DNA of 64,000 nucleotides from Camelus ferus (lineage: Eukaryota): positions 8,620,001 to 8,684,000 of the forward strand of contig NC_045698.1 of assembly GCF_009834535.1 (NCBI RefSeq), given 5' to 3'. The translations under genes were made by a program, and so were the position numbers. The notes beneath the pieces are model-generated. The model had not been told where the DNA came from. It ran no database searches and saw nothing but the letters and a program-made list of their open reading frames with translations. Of this stretch, positions 1-11,912 are shown one piece after another (the first letter of the stretch is position 1; each line of letters begins with the position of its first letter).

Positions 1-1774
1 CAAAGAGAACAACTGTGGGACATGTATTGTAAGTTTGGTTACACTGCCATGTTGATGCATAAATGAATAAATTTTCCATTTTCTTAACGGCCATGTCATG
101 ACTATTAGAGACTTTCAAGCCCTACTAGTCTATGGGGGACAGAAATGTTGATCACTCTTGTTGCAGGCTTGCTTTAAAGGAAAAGAGGGGAAAGCAAGCT
201 CTTAAGCCCTATCCTGGTTCTATATTAAAACGGCAACCTTTAATGATAAAATTCTCTCATTCTTATGAATTCATTCTTGTGAAAAACTTATCATAATCTC
301 CACACTGCACAAAACATGGTATTAAAATCAAATGTCATTGAATCACTGATGTGTAACAACATTTACGTCGGGAAACGAGCACAAACAAGAGTTACCCAGC
401 CCTCACCCAGACAACTTGTACTCAGTCAATGTAAACCTCATCACTGATCTTCCGAGGGGAACACAACCCAGACACCCTTCATGACAGATATCAAGGAACA
501 CGTATGTCCTGGTGATTAAGTTGTTATTTTCCCTTTTGAAAAAATTAAATTATCTAATCCCAAATTGGTGTGTACAAATGGAAAACAAATAAACCTTTAA
601 CCTCTTAGATGATTCACAGCCACATCCTCCATTTTGGGGAGTAATTCAGAAATAACTTTCTTATAGAACTGCCAAGTCTTTATTCATTTAGGAACAAAGG
701 TTTGTTTCTAAACTATTACATCATTCTGGTAGAAACCCATGTTCTACTGAGTTTCAAACACTAGTTATTAGCCTACTGGGCTATCTTGTTCGCCAGCTGC
801 ATGTAGTCACTTCCCACAGCCTCACTTTTTGCCTCCTAGCACCCTAAATCCACCATTGCGCTGATGCAAGTACACGGCTTCTATGGTTGTTACTCTCAGA
901 TACATAACTCAACCAAAAATCTTCACACCCTGGCAAAGACAAAATGCTGCCCAAAGCACCTTAGCACTTGGGACTAGAATCTGGGTTTTACTAGAAAGAT
1001 CTGCTACTAGTACAGGGAGTTCCCAATCCATGAACAGCGGAAAAAAAGTAATGAAAGCCAAATGCTGGCTCTCCATCAGGACTGTTACTGTTTCCACAAC
1101 AGGCTTAACGGAGCATCCTTGATAAGGAATTAAATAGACTAAATCATGAAGAAAGTATACAAATTCTCCATTTTTACACCAACTGTATCATGATGGAATC
1201 AGATTATATAAGACATTTAACCTGGTGCTACTCCCATGAAGAAGCAGAAGACAAGGTCCACTCCTATCCCTACTCCCTTGAAAGAAGGAAAATACTATGT
1301 CATGTGTATGATTATACATTTATACCTATTTATAGATAGAAAATCTTTCAACAAGGTGACTTGGGCAACACTTAATCGCAGAGCTAAAATCAATATAATC
1401 ATATTCTTCCAACAAACTGTTTGCATGTGTGTATACGCACACATACTTATGAAAATGCATATAAGTATTTAAACAAAATAGAAAGATAACTTCTCATGGA
1501 AAGTGAAGCTGAGAGAAACAGTCCAAGAGCCTAATCTGAATTATCTTAAAAACATACCCCCTATTCCTGAGCATTTAATAATGCTATGAATTGAAATAAG
1601 TGTTCAAAGCTAGTACTGTTTTGCTCTGTACTTTTGCCATTTTAATTGGCACTGAGCTGTAAATATTTTCTAAAGTTTATTATGTCTCAAAGTTAACTTT
1701 TAAAAGTAAAATTATCTGAATTATCACTATTAATCAAGCGTGGAAGAAATAAGCTAAATTTAACATGTTGACAT

Positions 1775-2165
1775 TTTAAACTTGCTGAATTCTCTTTGTA
1801 GTTTTGCAAGTTAATCCTTCGAAGATTCCTTTGGGATTTGTATATAAACATTCATATTATCTGCAAATCAGTTTTAAATGTGTTTCTTCTTTTCTAGTCC
1901 TTTGCCTCTTGTCTTTTCTTGTCTTATTGTGATGTCTGAGGTCAAAGAAGTGGTGAGAGTAGATACTTTGTTTCTGTGATTAAAATGGTCCTATAAACTA
2001 ACAATTTCAGTATTATTTAGATGACTTAGGTTAAGAATACTCTCTTTATTTCCTAGTTTACTAAGGTTTGTTAACTATGACCTCGTGTGAAATGTATCAT
2101 TTTTAAGACACTGATTGGAATGCTCATTGATTTCTCTCCATCTGTTAGTGCAGTGAATTACTCAT
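1775..2165 (-). mobile_element. Ancient L1M ORF2 fragment
   Basis: gattcctttgggatttgtatataaacattcatattatctgcaaat...agaagtggtgagagtagatact resembles antisense L1 ORF2 consensus. Confidence 0.65.
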
Positions 2166-2860
2166 TGTTGGCCGTCCCCTGCTTGTGTCCTCAGATCCAC
2201 CCCTCCACCTTGCTGGCTGTGCCCTGCCTCCTAGCGCCACCCTGCAGTTTTCTGTGCTTCTGTAACAGCAGGCTTCCAGCTGAGTTCAGCCAACAGGAGG
2301 TCCTGGCAGGAGCCTGGATGGGAGTAGGGAGGAGGCAGAACATCACTCTCCCTTCCTCTAGCTTCCCACGGCCTCTCTGACAGTGGCTGCATCCCCACTA
2401 TGGCTCTAGGTCCTGCTAGAGAAGCCTGCCCCTCTGAGAAATCCAAGCCTTAACATTCTGGCGGCACTACCTCTGCCTATCTCTCAAGGCGATGGTTTAT
2501 CAATCTGAGCACTAACGACATTTTGGGGCCAGATAATTCTCCATTGTCAGGGCAGTCCTGTGCATTATAGAATGTTCAGCAGCATCCTTCCTTGGCCTCT
2601 ACACACTAGATACCAGTAGCATACCCTCCCGGTCATGACAATCAAAATGTGTCCAAAGTTGCTCTTGGTGGGGAGAGGAAGCCACAGTCCCTGGTTGGGA
2701 AACCCTGCTCCTGGCTAATGGGCATCATGCCTCCTGAGGCCAGTCTCTGAGCTACTTCTCTGCCTCCTTGTTTGACTTCTCAGCTTTTCTCTTAACTAAT
2801 GTAACCAATCTCCTGCATTAAATTCCCTCTGCTGTAAATACTGAAGTGGTCTGTGACTGA
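2166..2860 (+). mobile_element. ERVL LTR (LTR33-like), interrupted by MER20
   Basis: cctcagatccacccc...ggcttccagctgagttcagccaacaggaggtcctggcaggag and 3' end gtaaccaatctcctgcattaaattccctctg resemble LTR33. Confidence 0.6.
2490..2707 (-). mobile_element. MER20 hAT-Charlie non-autonomous DNA transposon
   Basis: gacattttggggccagataattct...cctgtgcattatagaatgttcagcagcatcc...tggcctctacacactagataccagtagca...atgacaatcaaaatgtgtcc is the reverse complement of the MER20 consensus. Confidence 0.85.
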
Positions 2861-4639
2861 GAAAACAAATTTCACTTACTAAAGCATACCTGGAAATTCA
2901 GGGAAAACTGTAGGCTTATATATTTTGTAATAGTTGACTTTTACTTGCTTTCTTTCATTTTACTCTGTTGCCTTTGATTTATTTATTTATTTTTTGAGAC
3001 AAACACTCAGCTCATTATCAATTCCTCTTCTGATATATGTAGTGAATGCTAAAAGTCAGTCTGTTTGTGCTACACTAGGTACATTCTTTGAATTTTGCTA
3101 TTTGCTGTTATAACTGGCATTTGGTTACATTTCCTAAAATTCATCATGATGTCTCAAAGTTAACTTTCAAAAATAATTTTGAAGTATCATTATAAATCAA
3201 GCATATAAGAAACAGACCATATTTAATTTATAAAAGAGGCATTTTTCAAAAGGAAATACTTTTTAAAGTGCATCACCAATATTTGAGTATGTCTGGAGAT
3301 AATCCCCAAGGTTTAAGGTATCTATTCTTGAGAAGTTTTTATTTCATATTATTGCCCAATCCACAGCTGGAAAATAAGAGGTTTGGGGGAAAAAGTTCTC
3401 ACAATTTCAATATCATCCCCATCATCATCATCCTCTTCTGTTTGAGGTACCACTGATCTTTAGTACAAAGACATAAGGGAAGCAAACGCGAAAGACAAAT
3501 GCTTTATTGCACAGAGGAAGAAGTGCTACAGTACAAACAGAAGCAAAAAGACGATTTCAAGTTATAAACATCGAATTCTATAAAACTATTTATAAATCCA
3601 CCTAGTAAGTAATAACACGTAAGCACCAGAGAGCAGCATGCAAAATTTTGGAACTTTCTGTGCGACAGAATCAAATAAATGAAACTTGCATATGAGAAAA
3701 GAAATGCAGAAGACAATTACCTTCTATTCAAGATTGCCTTTTTTGAAAGTGCTTTACAGAATGGCTTAACGATGGCGTACACACAGAGGCACACACAAAG
3801 GAAGGGAAGATTTGCAAGCAATCAAGAGACCTCGTCAAAAGTGCGATTATCTTTTTTCTGAATTGTTTCTCACTTCATAGATCACTGAAAAACTACCTAG
3901 TGTGTAATAACAAACATGGTGTAACACGTAACCAAGTTATATATATATTTTAAAACCTCTATTATAGAGGCTGCACATTTTCTTCAGTCTGTTCCCTGAA
4001 GAATTTCTTCTCTGTTTTCTTCGCTCTCTCTGCTCACCATTCTGTGTCATGTCTTGTCAAAGTCTGCTCGCTTGTCGCCAGGATGAGCTCCCCAGAGTAA
4101 AAGTCAAGGCCAAGTGAGGCAGGGTTCAAGGGAACCCAAAAAACAAATGGTGTTTTTACTGCTCTTCACTTCCATCTTCATGATACATAACAGAGAAAAC
4201 AGGGGAAGCACATGTCGGGCAGTGTCCTATCAGCTAGAACTCGAACTGGGTACAACTACATCAGGAAACTCCTCTAAAGCTTGAAGAGCTGCGAAAGTAG
4301 CTATAAGTTATTTATTTGCAGAACCCTGAGCCGAAGTAACTTCAGATCCACAGACCACAAAAGACCTGTGTCTACATCTTGTTCGGTTTATTATTTCGTA
4401 AGAGCCGTGCCTGTGAGCAGCTGCTCAGCCTGGACTCTGCCCTCCCCAGACTTCCTGAGAGACCACTGGCTCAGGGGAGCGGGAAGCGCATGGACATGGC
4501 AGCGTCACATCCACAAGGTGAGAGGAGAGCCGGAGCCTCCTGGGAGCTTCGTCTGGCTGTCTCAAATTAATAACGTTTTTCGTTCCTGTCTCCACAATTA
4601 CACTGGAAGCTTTTTCCAGGGCTCCTCAAGGCCTCCCCG

Positions 4640-4830
4640 CTCTCTGATTGCCTCTGCCAGCTCCAGCCGCCCCGCGCCGCAGAGCGGCCCGCCGAGCAGC
4701 CTGCGGTTGCCATGGAGACGGTGCCCGCACGGAGCGGGACCGCGAGGCAGATGCCAAGTGGAGCAGCAGAACCGGACCGCCGCCCCGACGACTCCCGAGG
4801 TCCTCGGGACAGACACGTTAGCAACAGGGA
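4640..4830. promoter_or_regulatory. Intronic CpG-rich patch with RFX X-box (candidate enhancer)
   Basis: Local CpG cluster; GTTGCCATGGAGAC at 4706-4719 and GTTAGCAAC at 4817-4825. Confidence 0.55.
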
Positions 4831-5399
4831 CAGGGAGGTCGGGGAGAGATGACAAGGCAGGAGACAAACCCAGATGAGAAAGAGAGACGTTTAGAATTGG
4901 CCAGTGTCTCTGGACATGATACACTGCTTCTACCAAAATAAAACGCAAAAATCAGGTCTTCGAGTTTATTTTAAAAAAGCTATATATGCATGCATATGCA
5001 TGTGTGTATATATATAGGAGAAGTCTGATCTGCCTTTTCTCAACATCTGGGAACAGCACGCCTGAAAGTTCATTTTCATGGAAACATCAAGAAGCAGCCA
5101 GAGGGCTTTGGAGTACGCTATCATTTTATGTGAGCACGTGTTCATAATATTTATTTCCGATCATGATTCACGCCCTAGTCTGTGCCATTAATGAGACTTT
5201 GACATTTATCTTCTCCTACTTTTCTAAAATCCTCAGTTTTTATTTTATGTACAAGAATTCAGAAGCAAAATTTGCTTCCCTAATAAAAACTGTAGGCTTA
5301 CAAAGGCTAACTCCTAATAAAGCATATGGAAGCTATCCAACTCTCATTCAAGGATTCCACCAACATTTTTTTCTTCCTGTGATACGTTTAAGACTGTTC

Positions 5400-5692
5400 A
5401 GCAGTATCCCAGTTCTCCTCATCCTCCAAGCGTATGGTAGGACTGGGCTTCCTTCTGATACATGACTCAGTCCTCCAGCTCCCTTTCCCTACCTCAATGA
5501 CCGTGGAAGAATCCACAAAGATGTAGGAGCCGCTGGCGGGAGTCCCAGCGTGACAAAGAAGATTATCCAAGTCTCCGTTTCCACTTTTTACTGACCCAGG
5601 CTGAAAATGCACCAACTTTTACCCTTTTAAGCTGCTGAATTTGGGGGGCTGTTTGTTAAAGCAGCATAATCTAGCTTATCCTAGTGGGTACA
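5400..5692 (+). mobile_element. MaLR LTR fragment (MLT1K-like)
   Basis: 3' end tttaagctgctgaatttggggggctgtttgttaaagcagcataatctagcttatcct...taca is typical of old MLT1. Confidence 0.6.
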
Positions 5693-6112
5693 CAACCTCT
5701 TTGTTCAACTGGAAAATATTGTAATTAAGACATTATGTTCATTTGTATGAGATGCCCAGAGAATTATAATAGATTCTTTCTCAGACATCAAGGTCTGGCA
5801 AGTTAGCAGGTGACTGATACAAAAGACAATATATGAAGTACTCTATAGTAAACAGAAAATAAAATTTCTATAGCAGTTCACTTTGGGCTGAAGTTAAGAC
5901 TAAAAAGCCTTGTAAACTGACTAAGTTCAATAAAAATATCTATAAAAAATTAATAAAAGTAATGAGTAACTTTGTAAAAAAAAAAGACTAAAAGCCTTAG
6001 CACAAGAAAGTGGCATTTAAGGTAATGATGTTGAACAACAAATAAACCTGAGAAGGCCTTTTACCACAAGTGAGACATGGCCATCTGTGACACACAATAA
6101 TGGCTCAACAAC

Positions 6113-6148
<36 letters not shown>

Positions 6149-6182
6149 TATAATTATTATTATTATTATTATTATTATTATT
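6113..6182. repeat. Compound microsatellite (CAT)12 + (ATT)~10
   Basis: Read directly; explains the poly-I and poly-M ORFs. Confidence 0.97.
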
Positions 6183-6236
6183 GAAGCCAGAGAACTGCAG
6201 GTCCTTCTTGTGTTGAAAAGACTATGCATGGTAGGT

Positions 6237-6410
6237 CCAGCTGAATTTCAATTACAGAAAAACAACATTTTTTTTTTTTTTTTAGTATAAATGTGTCCCA
6301 TGCAATATCTGGGACATAATACGCTGAGGGGGAAAAAAAAACCTACTGTTTATCTGTAATTCAAATTTAACTAGGAGTCCTGTGTTTCCACTAGCTAAAT
6401 CTAGTAACCT
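6237..6410. mobile_element. MER53 palindromic hAT MITE
   Basis: tttagtataaatgtgtcccatgcaatatctgggacata...tgtttatctgtaattcaaatttaactaggagtcctg...gctaaatctagtaacc matches MER53; the arms are self-complementary. Confidence 0.8.
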
Positions 6411-6744
6411 CACTATTGGTACATCCTAGGAATTTCACAGATTGCCTAAGAGGGCCAGTAAGACATTAAAAGTTACCAGTAAAGAAATTCATAAAGACTA
6501 ATTAGATTATTTTGTTTTGTAAATGGAAGGAAGTGAAGATTCCCACTCTTATTTGCTAAAATGTTTTCAAAACAAATAATGGCAATGCCCTTGGCTTCTA
6601 TAAAAGGTACACATCAAACAAAATATATTAAGTGAGACAAAATTTTACAAATTTTGAGTTATCCACATCTTATGATTGTAAGCCATCATTTAAAAAAGGA
6701 GGGTTTTCTTTTTATTTTTTGGTAATTTTAAGAAATTATATTCC

Positions 6745-7857
6745 GTTAAACTTACAAGCTTCTGCACACCAAAGGAAACCATAAGCAAAACAAAATGACA
6801 ACCTAAGGAATGGGAGAAAATTTTTGCAAATGAAACCAACAAAGGCTTGATCTCCAGAATATATAAGCAGCTCATACGACTTAATAAGAAAAAAACAAAC
6901 AATCCAATCCAAAAATGGGCAGAAGACCTAAACAAGCAATTCTCCAAGGAAGAAATACAAATGATCAATAGGCACATGAAAAAATGCTCAATATCACTAA
7001 TTATCAGAGAAATGCAAATCAAAACTACGATGAGGTATCACCTCACACGAGTCAGAATGGCCATCATTCAAAAGTCCACAAATGACAAATGCTGGAGAGG
7101 CTGTGGAGAAAAGGGAACCCTCCTACACTGTTGGTGGGAATGCAGTTTGGTGCAGCCACTGTGGAAAACAATATGGAGATTCCTCAAAAGACTAGGAATA
7201 GACTTACCATATGACCCAGGAATCCCGCTCCTGGGCATATATCCAGAAGGAACCCTACTTCAAAAAGACACCTGCACCCCAATGTTCATAGCAGCACTAT
7301 TTACAATAGCCAAGACATGGAAACAGCCTAAATATCCATCAACAGATGACTGGATAAAGAAGATGTGGTATATTTATACAATGGAATACTATTCAGCCAT
7401 AAAAACCAACAACATAATGCCATTTGCAGCAACATGGATGTCCCTGGAGAATTAAGTGAAGTAAGCCAGAAAGAGAAAGAAAAATACCATATGAGATCAC
7501 TCATATGTGGAATCTAAAAAAAAAAAAAAAAAAAAAAAAGAACATAAATACAAAACAGAAACAGACTCATAGACATAGAATACAAACTTCTGGTTGCCAA
7601 GGGGGAGGAGGGTAGGAAGGAATAGACTGGGAGTTCAAAATCTGTAGATACTGACAGGCATGTATAGAATAGATAAACAAGATTATACTATATAGCACAG
7701 GGAAATAGTTACAAGATCTTGTGGTAACTCACAGCAAAAAAAAAAAAAAGGGACATATATGTATGTTCATGTATAACTGAAAAATTGTGCTCTACACTGG
7801 AATTTGACACAACATTGTAAAATGACTATAACTCAATAAAAAATGTTTATAAAAAAA
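6745..7857 (+). mobile_element. Young 5'-truncated L1 (ORF2 C-terminus + 3'UTR + A tail) with 15-bp TSD
   Basis: ORF 6847-7455 is L1 ORF2p C-terminus with the cysteine-rich motif [19 protein letters not shown]. Perfect TSD aagaaattatattcc at 6730-6744 and 7856-7870; TTTT/AA-type target; antisense to CTNND2. Confidence 0.96.
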
Positions 7858-8084
7858 GAAATTATATTCCCTTCCATCATATTAACCATAAATCCAGGAG
7901 GTGGATGATAAAAACATAGTTTATGCTGATATACTATTTAATAATTAATAAATCCATTTGAATAACAGTTCTAAAATATCAGGACACAGTCCAAGCCTAT
8001 TGAAATCAAACAAAATGTCCTTAAATGTTCTTTCCTTTACCGAGATCTTTAAAAACTTTGAGAAGGCTTTTTTTTTTTTCGGCT

Positions 8085-8410
8085 GTTATTTTATTTTATT
8101 GTTGTATTGAAGTATAGTCAGTTTACAATGTTGCATCAATTTCTGACGTACAGCATAATGTTTTAGCCACACATATACATACATATATTCCTTTTCATAT
8201 TCTTTTTCAGTATAGGTTACTACAAAATGCATATACATATTTTTTGATTCACACTGTATTCATTTCTGGTATACAGAGTAGCGATTCATGTTCTTTTTCC
8301 TTACAGGTTACAAGCCATTGAATCTAGCTCCCTGTACTATATACAGCAGGACCTTGTTGTTTATCTATTCTGTACATAGCAGTTTGTATCGGCCAATCTA
8401 TATCCCCAGC
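8085..8410 (-). mobile_element. L1 3'UTR fragments (probably two stacked tails)
   Basis: attgaagtatagtcagtttacaatgttg...tataggttac...ccttgttgtttatctatt is the reverse complement of the same 3'UTR type seen at 7650-7840; internal motifs occur twice. Confidence 0.8.
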
Positions 8411-10665
8411 TTAGCATTATCAACATATCCAGCCTGAACGTTTGGACAAGACTCAGACACTTCAATTATATACATGAATGGTATTTTAATACTGATTTTA
8501 ACATCATATGAAATGATCACATGACATTTTAAAGAGCAAAAGCAAGAAATCTCTGAAACTTAGAAAGGTCTCATGAAACTATTAGAACATTACATTTATT
8601 TATCCATCAAATAAATCCTATATAGCTTAAAGACCAAAGGCACAAACTTATATAGCTAGGCTAAAAAAAAAAAAAACCAGAATGGCGATGGGGATAAGAG
8701 TAGCTGTAGCAGAGTGACAGCTACAGCCCACCTCCCCAGGGCCAAACATACCAGCTGACAGCTCTGGAAGTTTCTCAGGGACTTAATTCTTTCCAGCCCT
8801 GCCAACCTTAATCCAATCAATGGTTCCCCCATGACCCAAGACTTGGCATATCTCCCTCAGTACTTTAAAACACAAGAGAATTTGAATCTCTTCTTTGTTA
8901 TTAATTCACCAAATGGTGAATTTCAAGGGGAAAAATGCATAAACGTTATTTTGCAGTTACTAATTAGCTCCTCAATTAATGAAATTAACGATTACGTTTC
9001 AACTGCCATTTTCACAGGTCAAATTGAGTTGCCTGTCAGTGACTTCACGTAGTCCTACTTTATACCTGCAACAATATAGTGATGTAGGCCACGATCTGTA
9101 TTTTTCAAAATCTCAGAATGACTCTTAAATAAACACCTTTTCAAACCACATACTACCCTTGGTAAACAACCAGCTGAAGGTCCCACTTCCCTCTTTGTGT
9201 AATACTGGACGCCAAGTACTGAAATCAGGAGACAGCATTCAAACGTCAACGGTGCAATTAATACTGTGAGAAGGGCCAGGACAGCCCTCCGCCAGGCTCA
9301 CGAGGTGCCTGGCATCTGGGCATGCACACTGATGACGCACCTCCAGTTACAAACCCTCAAAATGCTTCTCCAAGACTCGACTGTGTCAGTGCTTTTAACA
9401 CAGGATTTACAGACATATTCAAAAGCTAAAGACTCAAGAAATGTAAAGCCAATACAATGCTCTAAGAAAGAAACAACTTAATTCACATTATTATTTGAGT
9501 GAATTAGCAACAATTTAAACATCAAAGGAAGCCACCTTAAAACACTCTCGTCACATACGAGGACCCTCCTCAACCCAGGGATACTGGTTTTATAACTTAA
9601 AGCATTTTCTATTTGCAGGTGTTACATTTTAAAGTCATAATTTGGCAAAAGGCATAGCTAATTTAAATAAAAAGGGGACTTTTTGATGGCAGAGTCCGAA
9701 CATGAGATATGAAAGTTTATAAAAGCAAATATTTCTTTTTCTGTTAATAGTAACATTGAGATATAGGCACTTCTTGTATGAGATGAAATAAAAGCCAACA
9801 GGAAGCCACTAAAATACCACTCTTGAAGTCACATAAACTGGCTTCTGATATTCTATTATGTAGCATTAAAAAAAAAAAAACTCCACATCCCTGACACATT
9901 AACATTTATTCTCTATAATAAAACAAATCACAAAATTTCCAACATACATCATTCAAGGTCTTATACCAAGATTAGCATTTGGATAATTTTATTGTCATTT
10001 AAAATACTTGATTTTCCTTTCAGCTGACAATATTTCAAATCATAGATGGTATATCTTCAATTTAATTATAATAGGAAATGTAATAAGTTCACCTTAAAAA
10101 GATAAATCTTCTCCTGATCACTGCACATGATAATTATTCCCAACTCTGCCATGATGCAGCTGTACTTAACAATGTCTTGATAAAAGAATATCCTGAAAGT
10201 TCTCATCTAAATCAACATTTCCCTGTTTCATAGTTCACTACTTGTCTTTGAGATGACAACTATTGTTTTTTGTTCTGACAGTAAGTTTAACATCCTCCTG
10301 CTGTAAAATTCCTGACATATTGGTGTTCCATTTACTATGAGATAACCTGCCTTTAAAAAACACCCTGGTATGCATGAAGATGCCAGGAAATCACACAACA
10401 GCTGACTTGACAGGCGAAAGCATTACATTAGACTTGCACGTGGAAACACAGAAGCTCTTACTAATTGTCATATTGATCACTGACATCCTTTCAGGGATAG
10501 ACTATCTGTCTTCTATCTCATCTTCCTCTTTCAACACATATCTGTGATAGGATTCAATGATTATTATGCATTAAAAATTTATCCTCCATAAGACATCTGC
10601 ATTGAAGCCAGGTGTGCATTAATGCTTGTGAGTTCCTATTTGCACTACATCAGTACAGGATGAAC

Positions 10666-10753
10666 TTTTTTTTATAATGGAGGTGCTGGGAATTGAAGCC
10701 AGGACCTCAGGCATGCTAAGCACACACTCTACCACTGAACTATACCCTCCCTC
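10666..10753 (-). mobile_element. tRNA-derived SINE (camelid vic-1-like)
   Basis: Revcomp gggagggtatagttcagtggtagagtgtgtgcttagcatgcctgaggtcctggcttcaattcccagcacctcc + A tail; A/B boxes; TSD caggatgaa at 10656-10664 and 10754-10762. Confidence 0.88.
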
Positions 10754-11555
10754 CAGGATGAATTTCAAAGTCATTTTAACTACCAACCTTCAAGAAGGTT
10801 GCATTCAAATGGGACCAGACATGAAAATAAACTTGCAAACCAATAAATAAGTGAGATGATTTCTGGTTCTCATACATGTTGTAAAGAAGATCAGACAGGT
10901 TAATTGTGAGGAGGGAAACTGAGAGGGGATCAGCTTTAGCAAGAAGATCAGGAGAGGCAGAAAGATGGCCAGAGAGACTACAGCCTAAACAACCAGGAGT
11001 GGGGAGAGAGAGGGAGCTGGGACAAGACAGGAAGAGGCTGGATTTCTTCCTGTTTGTCACCGCCTGGGTTCTATGCAAAGACAAGATGCGAGTGGATGTA
11101 TAGGGACCCCCTCAGGCTGTGAGGGGGTCACCAGCTGCAGGGAAGCAGAGAGAAGGGAGGGTGGCTGCCCAGCGGCCAACTGCCGAATTCCTGGTGAGAG
11201 AGGATGGTGGCCTGGGATCAGCGTGATAAGAAGCGAGAGTTCAACCAAGGTGAGAAGCAGCCATGCAATTTTGAAAAAACGTCTATAAAAAGAACCTGGA
11301 ATACCCGAAGTTGGTTATACAGAAACGTGTCTCCAGGCCTTCCACATAGAGCATCATTCTGCATGTCACATTCTATACATTTTCTAAATCAAGGCAAAAC
11401 ATTGTATGTTTACCAAAGAATAATTTAAAATACCTTAAAGAGTGACCCATATTATCCATCAGTAATTCTTACTCATTTAGGGATTAATTCAATACCGAAC
11501 ACCCCAAATCTGCCTTCCTCAGCACTGGGACGTTGCTGATTTTGCCTTGCAGCTT

Positions 11556-11912
11556 CTACTAGGGATGAATGTTTGTGTCTCCCCAAAATGCACACGTTGC
11601 TGCCCTAACTGCTAACATGATGCTACACAGAGGTGGGGCCTTTGGAAAGTAACTGGGGTCAGGTGAGGTCATGAGGATGAGGTTCTCACAAAGGGATTAG
11701 TGGCTTTATAAGAAAGAGAGAGAGAGATGCTTGCACCAAGGAAAGGCCACGTGAAGACACGGAAAGAGGGCAGCTGTCTGCAAGGCAGGAAGACAGCCCT
11801 CACCAGGAACTGAGTTGGCTGCACCTTGACCTTGGACTTCACAGTCATCAGAACTGTGAAATAAATGTCTGTTGTTTAAGCCACCCAGTGGCAGCCAAAG
11901 CAGACTAAGACG
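11556..11912 (+). mobile_element. MaLR solo LTR (MLT1A0-like)
   Basis: gaatgtttgtgtctccccaaaat...ggtggggcctttgg...ccttgaccttggacttc...agaactgtgaaataaatgtctgttgtttaagccacccagt...gactaagac. Confidence 0.85.

Noticed and set aside
4281..4877. 198-aa ORF over the intronic GC patch
   Set aside because: Non-ATG start, antisense to CTNND2, no recognisable homology; explained by local GC richness.
6017..6290. Poly-Ile / poly-Met ORFs
   Set aside because: Translation of the (CAT)n(ATT)n microsatellite.
6847..7455. 202-aa ORF as a host gene
   Set aside because: It is the C-terminus of L1 ORF2p in a 5'-truncated copy with no promoter, endonuclease or RT domain.
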